A stretch of DNA of 64,000 nt from Squalus acanthias (lineage: Eukaryota): assembly GCA_030390025.1 (NCBI GenBank), contig JASTWF010000036.1, forward strand, positions 1,240,001-1,304,000, in the 5' to 3' direction. The notes under the pieces were generated by a model that did not search any database, was not told the DNA's origin, and saw nothing but the letters and a program-made list of their open reading frames with translations. This document shows positions 49,403-61,014 of this stretch, in pieces (position 1 is the first letter of the stretch; every line of letters starts with the position of its first letter). A program made the position numbers and the translations under genes.

Positions 49403-49904
49403 GAGCGTAAGCTCGAGGAACAGCACCTCATCTTTTGTTTAGGCACTTTACAGCCTTCCGGACTCAATATCGAGTTCAACAATTTCAGATCATAACCTCG
49501 GCACCTACCACATATTTATACATTTTATCCACCCTTTTGGTTTGTGCCTTTTCCCCTTTTTTTTCTCTCTCTCCCCCTACGGTAGCTGTCTCTCATTCTG
49601 CCAGCATTTCACACTTCACCTTTTGTTTCTTAACCTGTCCCATTACCATCACGTCTTGCCTTGAGCATCTCTTAATGTCTCTACTTACCATAGACCCCCC
49701 CTTTTGTTCTTTCATTCCTCCCCCCAGCCTCCCACTTGCTTTTTTATCTGTTTCATTTCCTGCTTTTTTCTCAGTTCTGACGAAGGGTTTCGACCTGAAA
49801 CGTTAACTCTGTTTCTCTCTCCACGGATGTTGCCTGGCCTGCTGAGTTTTTCCAGCGTTTTCTGTTGTTGTTTCAATTTTCCAGCATCCGCAGTATTTTG
49901 CTAT
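49403..49904 (+). mobile_element. 5'-truncated Penelope-like element (family B) with hammerhead motif
   Basis: RKLEEQHLIFCLGTLQPSGLNIEFNNFR (GIY-YIG end), pyrimidine-rich 3' region, CTGACGA...GAAAcgtt. Confidence 0.87.
49773..49808 (+). ncRNA. Minimal type I hammerhead ribozyme motif (PLE family B)
   Basis: agtt-CTGACGA-a-gggt-ttcg-acct-GAAA-cg-tt-aact; helix I agtt/aact, predicted GUU cleavage triplet, palindromic aacgtt. Confidence 0.8.
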
Positions 49905-50063
49905 CTGATTGGTTTATATATTTGTTTCAAACAAATGATAACTGAACTTTTACAATGTATTGGGCAAATAAAAACTGCATGCTTGATCGAACATAGCCAT
50001 GATTACCTGCTATCATTTCTTAAAAACTTCTGAATTGCCTACAGTATTGTCTTGTTGGACATT

Positions 50064-50807
50064 GGGCCAAAAATTGATGCCGCTACGCGAGAGTACGCAC
50101 TGCGTACTCTCGCGTATTCTCTCTCCAATTGCCGGTTTTCTGCATGCACTGCTCATGCGCTGAAAACCGGCACTTGGTCTTTGGAAAAGGGGGCGGTTCC
50201 TCGGTGCACCGTGTGCGCGCTACAGGCTGCGCGCACGCTGTGCACTTAGTGCTTTGGACGCGCAGGTAAGGACGGAAGATTTTAGAAATGAAAAAAGGAG
50301 GAGTAAGACCCACTTTTAACAAGGTAAGTAGTGAATTAAGTATTATTTTGAATTTTTTTTAACAGGTATATCTTTTTTAGAGACTTTAAAGACAGGTAAG
50401 TTTATTTTTATAACTTTTTAAAAGATTTTAAATTTTTTCAAAAATTTAATTTTTTATTTAAAATGGTTAATTTATTTAACTATACTTATTTTATTAATGT
50501 GATGGTTTTTTTTTTGAATTTAATTGAGGTTTAGCTGTTATTTTGGGGGTGTGTAAGATTCATAGCTTTCACAGCACGTATGTGAAACTTATGAATGGAA
50601 GATGGTGTGCTGCCATTGGCTCTAACTGAGTCACGTGATCCCACAGCTCGCACGAATTCACTACGCCGGTGGGATACGCAAGCACTGCCCAGCTGATGTC
50701 TGGAACATCAAGTTTGTGCGAGCTGGATCTGAAAAAGCCAACGTGGAGTGAGAGATCGCGCCTGCTCCTTACCCCCGCGGGAACAGAGCGAGATCAATTT
50801 CTGGGCC
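50064..50807. mobile_element. PIF/Harbinger-like MITE, family 1, copy 2 (inverted relative to copy 1)
   Basis: TIRs gggccaaaaattg / caatttctgggcc and 3-bp TSD att. Confidence 0.82.
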
Positions 50808-51944
50808 ATTATGTGTAGCTTATTTTTGAGCAATTAGTAAGAGCTACGCTGACTGAAATCTCGCCCTTCCTTCAGATAACTAACTCCTTCTGTACTAAAT
50901 GTAAGTTCAGGGCTCAATTTTAGTTTACATTCCTCCCAAATCCTGTTAGTGAAAAAAAAAAATTGCCCACGGTCAGTTGCTGAATGAGCGTGTTTTCTTT
51001 GATACAAGACAGCGATGGAGTTGGGAGAGAGGTTTCAGACACTCACGCCACAGAGCCACCTAATGGTCACAGTCTGCAACTACAGCGTGACAGTTGACAT
51101 AACAAAAATGAATGGGAAATATTGACCTACGAACTAACAATGGTAAATGTTAATGCAAAAGCAGGACCAAAAATTCTGACAACAGGAACTAAGGTTTGTG
51201 GATAGGAAATGTGCACACTACGCAAGATTTCTTTAATATATTCGATGGACTCAAGATGTTTCCGAAGGTGACTCGCAAGTTTAAGGTTATACAAATGCTA
51301 CTTGAACGGCTTAATTCAGAGAGCTAGGTCTCTTCACAGCAAGTGTTTTTATGAAATAATTATCCCCAAATACTGGAGCCTCGAATGTGAAAGTTTAAAG
51401 CAATCTTGCCCCATACATGATTGCTTAGCACTCAATATGTAGTGTTAAAGCAGGAATTGTAAATAGTTCAAAATAGAAGCCATTAACGTAATTGGAGCTG
51501 CAGCTGATTGTCTCACTTTAGTGTGCTGTGAACTCCCATTATCTCTCGTTCATATTTGTGGCTTGTCTGTATATTTTTGTCTGATGGAGATAGTTGGTGT
51601 GGCTCATCTGCATTATGTATTTGAATGGGATCAGACTGTGCTTAATACGCTTGTATAAAATGCCTTTGTTCACTATGTCACCGATGCTTACGATACTGGA
51701 CAAAGGGGTTTCATACAAACCTGTTAAACATTCGGACACGAGTGTCACACAGGACGATTTCACCCCAAATTTTCAGTCGTAACAAGTGAAAAGTCTGCCT
51801 CGGGTATCAGAGAATTCCAACTTTAATAACAGTTGTGACAAGAGATCGGGGCCCAATTTTCCCGTGACGTGCTACAGGGCACAAAGCCAGACATGTCAGC
51901 TTTTTACTTGTACCCTGAGTTTCTCACCGAGATAGTCTCCCTCT

Positions 51945-53995
51945 TTTCCTCTCTCAGCCTCTGTACTGAGTGACTCCTCATCCTAGGTGATGTCTATCTC
52001 CATCTCAATTCCCCTTGCCCCCTCTCCCCTGAAATCGCTGCCCTCCTGTCTTCCCTATGTCTCTCCCTCCATCTAAACTCTCCTACCCATATTCACAGCC
52101 ACCTCGCATCCCCGAACCCTGTCTCTCACTCCCATGATCTTAATAATAGACAAGGCCATCTCTGACCATTTCTTTGTAGCCCTAACCACCCACATCCCCC
52201 TACCCACCTTGCTTCCTTCTGTGTCCATCCTTGGGAAGAAAAGTCAGCACCCAAGTTGTTTAAAATTGCACTTTCCAACTTCAAACTGCCCAGCTTTTGG
52301 CTTCTATACACCACGATAGTTCTGCAGCTATCGATTTTCTCAACCGTGCCCGCACTCCGCCTTTGATGCTCTTGTCACCAGCTAAACATTTGCTCTCTCC
52401 TGTCCCCATCTTGGCTCCACCAAGTTTAAGGGGTGCAGACTTGAGCGCATCCAGTGCACATCTGTTTTAGTCATCTATCGCACATCAAGTGCTATTGGGC
52501 GTCACTCTCCTCTGCCAAAACCATCCACTGCTCCAGGATCAGCCTGGAGAGCAAAGATAACACCCGGCTTCTTTTCTCCACTACCAAGCGTCTCCTTAAG
52601 TCCCTCTCCCCTGTCCCCTACACCTTCGCCTCGAAAAACAAATGCGAGGAGCTCATGCTCTTCTTTGTCATTATGTTTGAGACCATCCTTTCAGCTGCTT
52701 CTGCTGCTCCCCTCCCCCTTTCCCACAAATCCAAATCTCCCTCCGCCTCAGCCCTTACCCCACGTCTTTGTCTTGTTTCTTTCCCATCTCCCCTCATGCT
52801 CTCTCCGAGCTAATCTTGTCCATGGGACCCACCTCCTGCTCCCTTGACCCCATTCCTACGAAACTGCTGACCACCTAACTTCCTTTCCGGGCTCCCATGC
52901 CAGCTGACATTGTAAATGATTCCCTCTCCTGAGATACTGTCCCCCTCCCTTTCGAAACCACCGTCATGACCCCCTTCTCAAAAAGCTCACCCTCGACCTC
53001 TCCGTCCTTGCAAACCACCACTCTCCCTCAAATCTTCCTTTCAAGTCCAAAGTCCTTGCACCTATTGTTGCCTCCCAAATCTGTGCCTACCTTTCTCACA
53101 ACTGCCTGTTTGAATCTCCCCAACTAGGTTTCCACTCCGGCTACAGCACTGAAATAGCCCTAACCAAAGTAACAAATAGCATCCTCTGCGACTATGACCA
53201 TGGTGTACTATCCCTCCTCATCCTTCGCAACCCCTCTGCAGATTTTGACACGGTTGTCCTACTCCACCCTTCTCCATGCCACTACTCCATTATCCAGCTC
53301 AGTGGGACTGCCCTCACTTGGTTCCATTCTTGGCTTTCTGATCGCAGCAAGAGTATCTCCAGCAATGACTTCCCTTCCCGCCCCCTGCATCATTGCCTCT
53401 GGAGTCTCCCAAGGTTCTATCATAGAAACATAGAAACATAGAAGATAGGAGCAGGAGTAGGCCATTCGGCCCCTCGAGCCTGTTCCGCCATTTAATGAGA
53501 TCATGGCTGATCATCCAAATTCAGTACCCTGTCCCTGCTTTCTCCCCATATCCCTTGATCCCTTTAGCCTTAAGAAATATATCTAACTCCTTCTTGAATA
53601 TATTTAATGGGTTGGCCTCTACTGCCTTCTGTGGTAGAGAATTCCACAGGTTCACCACTCTCTGGGTGAAGAAATTCCTCCTCATCTCAGTCCTAAATGG
53701 CTTACCCCTTATCCTTAGACTGTGACCCCTGGTTCTGGACTCCCCGGCCATCGGGAACATCCTTCCTGCATCTAGTCTGTCTAGTCCTGTTAGAATTTTA
53801 TAAGTTTCAATGAGATCCCCTCTCATTCTTCTAAACTCTAGCGAATATAATCCTAATCGACCCAATCTCTCTTCATACGTCATTCCTGCCATCCCAGGTA
53901 TCCTTGCTCTTTTCCTCATTTACATGCTGCCCCTTGGGGATGTCATCCGCAGACATGACGTCACGTTCCACGTGTACGCTGACGACACCCAGACA
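51945..53995 (+). mobile_element. Old, decayed L2-clade LINE ORF2 (endonuclease end to RT YADD), split by a CR1 insertion
   Basis: LILGDVYLHLN; SNLPFKSKVL; QLGFHSGYSTEIALTKVTN; SGVSQGSI | [28 protein letters not shown]; many stops and frameshifts. Confidence 0.88.
53422..53898 (-). mobile_element. Young CR1 3' fragment inserted into the L2 RT
   Basis: Uninterrupted [36 protein letters not shown]...FFTQRVVNLWNSLPQKAVEA; (catagaaa)n tail; tatc direct repeat on both sides. Confidence 0.93.
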
Positions 53996-53999
53996 CACA

Positions 54000-54321
54000 A
54001 CAGATGAGATATTAAACCGAGGCGCTGTCTGCCCCCTCAGGTGGACATAAAACACATGGCATTATTCGAAGAAGAGCGACGGAGGTCTCCAAGTCTGTTG
54101 GTCAACATTCAACTTCCCCCCCCCCCCGCCCCGCCCTCAACCAACACCACCAAAAAACAGATTAACTGGTCATTGATCTCAGTAATGCTTGTGGGACCTT
54201 GCTGTGTACAAATTGACTGCGGTGTTTGCCTACGTAACAACATACTTCAGAAGGAACTCATTGTTTGAAGCACCGAAGGACATCCTGAGGTCGTGAAAGA
54301 GGTGCTATATAAATGCAAGTA
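54000..54321 (+). mobile_element. Diverged SacSINE1-like 3' half
   Basis: cagatgagatattaaaccgagg...gctatataaatgcaagt. Confidence 0.75.
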
Positions 54322-55737
54322 TGTCTGTTCATTGTCAATTCACAGACTAGTGGAAATAATACTGTTTATCCTCTCAACATCTTTTTGTTCATTTCTATTC
54401 CATCTCCCCTAAACTTCTTCCACTGTGCCAGTTAATATTACCCTAATTTTTCAAGTCTGTCATCGTAACTATGTCCTCTCATTCCTGGTAATAAACACAT
54501 TCACGTGAACTCCCTTTGCTCCACGATTTTAACATTATTTATTCGAAATGGGTTCACAGCTTTGTTAAAATGGTAGAATGTGTTAATGTGCACGTTACTA
54601 ATAACCCTGATCAGAAAATTGCATAGACATCGGCCCTGGGGAGTTAGATTTCAGGTTTTCTTCCCCGTTCAGTGTGCCTGCTGAATATTTAAAGTTGATT
54701 CAATTGAGCTGTGACTTTATTGAATTGTGCTCAACAAATCTTCCAAGAGAAAAAGGATTGCCTGTTAAACATCTAAGGATGAACATTACTGTGAATTTTT
54801 GGCATTTTACTTAACATCACGGAATATTTCTTCAGACGCACTCCTCGGAAATGAACTGTAACCGTATTGTAACTTTGATTTGAACAACGAATGCAGCAAA
54901 TGTCCCCTGAGGTTTAAGATGGTGTACAAGAGCCTTGTAAATCATGAAAAAAAAATTGGAAACTATGTCAAACATTTGATTTAAAAGGACCTTAACTTGT
55001 ATGAACAGAGCTTGTGAAAACTTCATAAATATTTCAGAGCATAAACGTCACACCAAAGGGAGGGAGATGTTTATATCTGTGGCTTCATTGCTGTGTAGCA
55101 GCGGTTTATTAATTTTAAAGATTGCATGATTTTTTTATTTTCAGCAATAAAAGTGGAATTTTATACGGTGCCGTGTGCTTTTATAAACAGCACTGCTACA
55201 ATATCTGGTCAAAGAACAAGGCTTGAGATCAAGGTCCCTCACGCCTAATCACTGGAACGCCCTCCTTAAACCTCTCCACCTTTAAAAAAATGTTTCCTTT
55301 GACCAAGATTTTGGAAGCTCCACCTCCAATTCCTTATGCCGATAAAGCATCTTGACAACTTTCTTTTTACATTAAAGGCGCTATATAAATGCATTGCTGT
55401 AATTGTTGCAGTAAATTTGCCAATCCTGTGCCCCCTTCAAATGTGGCTTCCTGTTGGGAGTGCGGAATTGGTGAATTTAACCTGTTGAATCCTGGGACCA
55501 TTTGGTTTCATTGTATGTCACTCATTGACACCAGATTCTGTCCTGGTCAATGAGTTTTTATCTGCCCAGGTTAATTGGCCAAGCAGATGTGTTTATTCAT
55601 GGTCATTCCACATCAAGGTAATAACACGATGACGAACATTTGAGTTGTCAATAATCGATGTGCGTGAGAGCTGTGTGTATTTTGTAACCAAAGGAGTGTT
55701 GTTAATGGAAGTCACTCCTGTCAAGAATTCCTCCGGG

Positions 55738-57028
55738 TCAGCCGTGGTTCAGTGGGTAGCCCTCTTACCTTCTTGCGTCAGAAGGACATGGGTTCAAGTC
55801 CCATTCCAGAGCCCAAAATCTAGGCTGAGACTCCAGTATAGTACTGAGGGAGTCTTCTTCTTCTTCTTAGGCAGTCCCTCGGAACCGAGGATGACTTGCT
55901 TCCACATTAAAAATGAGTTCTCAGGTGACTGATGAGTCCAATGCGGGACCGACAGTCTCTGTCACAGGTGGGGCAGACGGTGGTTGAAGGGGCGGGTGGG
56001 TGGGGTGCTTGGGTTGACGTGCGCTCCTTCCGCTGTTTGCGCTTGGCTTCCGCTTGCTCCCGGCGAAGAGACTCGAGGTGTTGGGCGCATTCCCGGATGC
56101 TTCTCCTCCACTTTGTACGGTCTTGGGCCAGGGATTCCCAGGTGTCAGTGGGGATGTTGCACTTTTTCAAGGAGGCTTTGAGGGTGTCCTTGAAGCGTTT
56201 CCTCTGCCCACCTGGGGCTCTCTTGCCATGTTGGAGCTCCGAGTAGAGCGTTTGTTTTGGGAGTCTCGTATCGGGCATGCGGACGATGTGACCCGTCCAT
56301 CGGAGCTGATCGAGCGTGGTCAAAGCTTCGATGCTGGGGATGTTGGCCTGAGCGAGAACACTGACGTTGGTGCGCCTATCCTGCCAATGGATTTGCAGGA
56401 TCTTGCGGAGGCAGTGTTGGTGGTACCTCTCCAGTGCTTTGAGGTGCCTGCTGTACATGGTCCATGTCTCTGAGGCATACAGCAGGGCGGGTATCACTGC
56501 TGCTCTGTAGACCATGAGCTTAGTGCTGGGTTTGAGGTCCTGGTCTACAAACACTCTCTTCCTCAGGCGACCGAAGGCTGCGCTGGCACTGAAGGCGGTG
56601 TTGGACTTCGTCATCGATGTCTGCCCTTGTTGACAGTAGGCTCCCGAGGTATGGAAAGTGGTCCACGTTGTCCAAGGCCTTGTCGTGGATTTTGATAATC
56701 CGGGGGCAGTACTGTGTGGCGGGGGCAGGTTGGTAGAGGACCTTTGTCTTAAGGGAATGCTGCACTGTTGGAGATGCCGTCTTTCAGATTAAATGAAGGC
56801 CCTCTCAGGTGGATGTAAAAGATCCTATGGCACTATTTCGAAGAAGAGCAGGGGTGTTCTCACCGGTGTCCTGGCCAATATTTATCCCTCCACCACCACC
56901 ACTAAAACAGATTATCTGGTCATTATCTCATTGCTGTTTGTGGGAGCTTGCTGTGCTCAAATTGGCTGCCACATTTCCTACATTGCAACAGTGACTACAC
57001 TTCAAAAAGCATGATATAAATGCAAGTT
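55738..57028 (+). mobile_element. SacSINE1-like SINE split by an RTE insertion
   Basis: The head at 55,738-55,853 continues seamlessly at 56,751 (aagggaatgctgcactg...). Confidence 0.8.
55854..56750 (-). mobile_element. RTE-clade LINE, 5'-truncated, same family as 43.4-44.6 kb
   Basis: Highly similar to the 43.4 kb copy; ORF 55,907-56,614 is the RTE C-terminal region; (gaa)n tail. Confidence 0.95.
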
Positions 57029-57114
57029 CGTTCTTGATAATTGATGGCAAGCTTAGCACATGGAAGTGAATGTATCTTTATCAGCACATCACAAGATAAT
57101 TATTGATGAGGGAG

Positions 57115-57952
57115 ACCGTTCAGTCCATCTTAGTTTCCCATTGCAGCATCCAATTCTTTCTTCAATGATTCCAGGGTTTTCACCTCCATTGCTTTAACGA
57201 GGAGTCCATTCCATGTGTCAATCACTCCTCGTGTGGCGAAGAACTTCCTGATATCAGTCCTAAATTTGCCTTTTAATAATTTCAATCTACGACCCCTTAT
57301 CCTACTCTCACTGTTCAACTTAAAATGTTCTGTATTTACCTTTACCATGGGTACTATGTTATACACTGAAGATCACCGCTCAAGACGCCTTCTTTCCAGG
57401 CTGAAAAGTCCCAATTACTTCCTCATAACTCAGACCCCTGACACTAGGGTTCAGCCTCTTGAATCTTCTCTGCACTGCCTGCAAAGCTTAAGGGGGACAA
57501 ATTCGGTTACTTTGCACCTCCCGTTAGCGCCCTAAGTGGGCGCTAATGGGGCGCAAAGCAACTAGCGCCCGGGCGCGGCGCTGCCAATACCTCCCACGAA
57601 ATTCAGCGTTAACCTCTTGAGTGCCAGGCTCGTTTGCCAGCACTCCCGATCCCTGGTGGCCCAGCTGGGCGCCGGGACACGCTGCGCCAGGCCCCTCCCC
57701 TTTAATAAAGTGAGGAAGGCCTGCAGTACCACGGCGCGGTTTTGGCTCGCAGCGCCCCAAGAGGGACGCGGGGCTCTTCCAGTCGTGCCCCTCCTCCCTC
57801 TCGGGGCGCTATCTGGGAAAATCAGCTGCGGGGGTGCTAATTTTTTCGGGGCGCTAAAAGTAGCGCCCCAGCAAAGTTAGCGCCCCAAAGGGGGCACGAC
57901 TCAATTTTTCCCCCTAAATGTCTTGGTGTCCAGAACTGAACACAGTACTCAC
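57115..57952 (-). mobile_element. Old CR1 fragment interrupted by a MITE
   Basis: EYCVQFWTP right of the MITE; LKLLKGKFRTDIRKFFATRGVIDTWNGL left of it. Confidence 0.78.
57492..57914. mobile_element. PIF/Harbinger-like GC-rich MITE, family 2, copy 2
   Basis: Termini gggggacaaatt / aatttttccccc with a perfect TAA target-site duplication. Confidence 0.88.
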
Positions 57953-58112
57953 ATCTTGAAGCATTCTTAAATATTGCTTGTTATAGATTATTTATCTGTC
58001 TAATAAAAATGTTTGTGATTGCTGCAATTGAAGTGCCGCTTGTGAATATCTCTCAATTTTCCTTTTCCTCACTGGTTAAGTGTCTTCTTTCTCATTGGCT
58101 ATGATTTATTTC

Positions 58113-58621
58113 TTCCTCATTGGTTAACTGCCTTCATCTTCCTCATTGGTTAACTGCCTTCATTTTCCTCATTGGTTAACTGCCTTCATCTTCCTCATTG
58201 GTTAACTGCCTTCATCTTCCTCATTGGTAATCTGCCTTCATCTTCCTCATTGGTTAACTGCCTTCATCTTCTTCATTGGTTAACTGCCTTCATCTTCCTC
58301 ATTGGTAATCTGCCTTCATCTTCCTCATTGGTTAACTGCCTTCATCTTCTTCATTGGTTAACTGCCTTCATCTTCCTCATTGGTTAACTGCCTTCATCTT
58401 CCTCATTGGTTAACTGCCTTCATCTTCTTCATTGGTTAACTGCCTTCATCTTCCTCATTGGTTAACTGCCTTCATCTTCTTCATTGGTTAACTGCCTTCA
58501 TCTTCCTCATTGGTTAACTGCCTTCATCTTCCTCATTGGTTAACTGCCTTCATCTTCCTCATTGGTTAACTGCCTTCATCTTCCTCATTGGTTAACTGCC
58601 TTCGTCTTCCTCATTGGTTAA
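58113..58621. repeat. 26-bp minisatellite TTCCTCATTGGTTAACTGCCTTCATC, ~19.5 copies
   Basis: Near-identical tandem units; degenerate units on both flanks. Confidence 0.97.
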
Positions 58622-58928
58622 GTCTCTGTTTTTCTCCTTTCGAATTGGTTATGTTTTGCTTTTGCTATTCACCCAATCTTAGTGTGTAAAACCTTTCAAT
58701 TCCCCCCAACCCCCCGACCCCGCAGTCGCAGTCTTGCAAAAAAAACTATGTAGACACGATGCATTAAAATATTCTCGGAGTTACAGCTGCAACAACAGTT
58801 CCTCGCCTACCCCACGATATACTCATATATCGATGTCCTTAATCCAGGTTCACCTCACTCTGTACAGTGGAAATAGTCAAAGCAAGCCTCATTTCATGCA
58901 CACTTGCTGTCAGAACCCCGGTCATTAA

Positions 58929-59376
58929 ATCATAGAATGATACAGCACCATTCGGCCTATTGTGCCTGTGCCGGCTCTTTGAAAGAGCTATTCAACTAGT
59001 TCCCACACTCCTGCTCTTTCCCCAAAGCCCTGCAAAATTTTCCTTTTCAAGTATTTATCCAATTCCATTTAGAAAGTTACTATTGAATCTGCTTCCACCG
59101 CCCTTTCAGGCAGCGCATTCCAGATCACAACAACTCGCTGCATAAAAAAATTCTCCTCATCTCCCCTCTGGTTCTTTTGCCAATGATCTTAAATCTGTGT
59201 CCTCTGGTTACCGACCCTTCTGCCAGTGGAAACAGTTTCTCCTTTTGCACTCTTATCAAAACTCCTCAGAATTTTGAACACCTCTATCAAATCTCCCCTT
59301 AACCTTCTCTGCTCTAAAGAGAACAATCCCAGCTTCTCTAATCGCTCCACATAACTGAAGTCTCCCCAGTTCCTGG
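58929..59376 (-). mobile_element. CR1 3' fragment
   Basis: DFSYVERLEKLGLFSLEQRRLRGDLIEVFKIL. Confidence 0.9.
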
Positions 59377-59514
59377 TGGCCTCCCACTGGCCCCCAATCC
59401 TTGGGTTCTCATTGCCCTCAAATTTGAGCACTGGGGCCTAGCTGTACCATCACCTGCCACACACCAGCTAGTCAGTGTAGTCTCCATGCAGCGGAGATAA
59501 ACCACTCTCCTACT

Positions 59515-60049
59515 CAGACCTCTCCGTCCTCGGCCTCTTACACTGTTCCAATGAAGCTCAACGTAAGCTCGAGGAACAGCACCTCATCTTTCGATGAGGC
59601 ACTCTACAGCCTTCTGGACTCAACATCGAGTTCAACAATTTCAGACCATAACCTCGGCCCCTATTTTCTTTTTCCTTTTTTTCTCACATGGCAGCTGTCG
59701 ATCATTCTGCTAGTGCCATTTACACTTCATCTGGAGTCATCTTTTGTTTCTTAACTTGTCCCATTACCATCTCCTTGTGCCTTGCACCATTATCCCTTTT
59801 GTCATTTAATCTCTCCTGCCTTCCATCCTATCACAGACCTTCCCTTTGTTCTTTCCTCCCTTCCTCCCTTTCCCTGCCCCTGCACTTGCTTAAAATCTGT
59901 TACATCTCCAACTTTTTCCAGTTCTGACGAAAGGTCATCGACCTGAAATGTTAACTCTGTTTCTCTCTCCACGGATGCTGCCTGACCTGCTGAGTGTTTT
60001 CAGCATTTTCTGTTGTTATTTCGGATTTCCAGCATCCGCAGTATTTTGC
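59515..60049 (+). mobile_element. 5'-truncated Penelope-like element (family B) with hammerhead motif at 59,920-59,956
   Basis: DLSVLGLLHCSNEAQRKLEEQHLIFR*GTLQPSGLNIEFNNFR; agtt-CTGACGA-a-aggtc-atc-gacct-GAAA-tg-tt-aact. Confidence 0.88.
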
Positions 60050-61014
60050 GATTGTATTTTAGAAGCGGAGACAAACTCCCAGATGAAGCAGTTCATTCTC
60101 GGTCTTTCAAGAAGAGCTGAGTAGATATCTGGTTAGGATTGAGATTGACCCTGGACTGCTGAGACCATGGAAATGCCAAAGAAAGAAGCTAGTCTGTCGG
60201 GGATGTACAATGTAGGATGTAATTGATTCCCTTGTGTTTTCTGGGGGGCAGGGAGAAGCTTTGCAGAACCATTCCGCTGGGGCTGAAATGGATTGGGCAG
60301 AATTCCCGATAAGAGCAGATTGTGCATGGTCTGTGAAAGAAACAGGAATGGGCCAGAAAGTCCCTTCTTGTCCATGCTCTAAGTTCTTGTGCTATAACTC
60401 GGTACAGAATAGGGTGTTTGTTCCATGAGCTGTGTAATTCACAAGCGTCATGTTCTGTACTCGCCTTGTCAGGTGGGGTATTCAACAGCTTTGCAGGCAG
60501 TATCCTTTGATGAATCGTCTTGGGACATAACAAGCCTCATTAGCACCAGTTGTAATTGCAACCACCCCAAGAACTTCTGTATAATTAATATCAATGAGAT
60601 TAATTAGTGCCTCAAACTTATGTAATTCTTTTCTCTCTCGGTAATGCAGTGCAGGCTTGCAGTGGAAGGAAAACTGGGGTAGAACAAGTAGCTCCAGGTG
60701 ATATGTTTAAGATGTTCAAAGATGTGGGTAAGTGTAAGCAGGTTGTGATCACAAAGGTGGAGGAGATCTGTATGGGCAGTGATGGAAATAAATGCATTGC
60801 AGGCTTGTACAGGCAGGCTGAGAGCTGGGCCTGTCCCGAGACAGAACAAAATGGCAGCCAGCAACAGACTCTTATGTTTCTTGTCAGAAGGGGCTTTGCC
60901 TTCAGTGGTACAAGAGCTGGGCGTCCAAGTCCCCAGCAGCAGCACTGTAATATAAAAGCAGCATTGGCTCAACTGCAGTTAAAATTAGTTACCCTTTGTA
61001 ACCAGGATTGATGG

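Noticed and set aside
58113..58621. CRISPR-like appearance of the 26-bp and 21-bp arrays
   Set aside because: Units are head-to-tail with no unique spacers, there are no cas genes, and the context is vertebrate.
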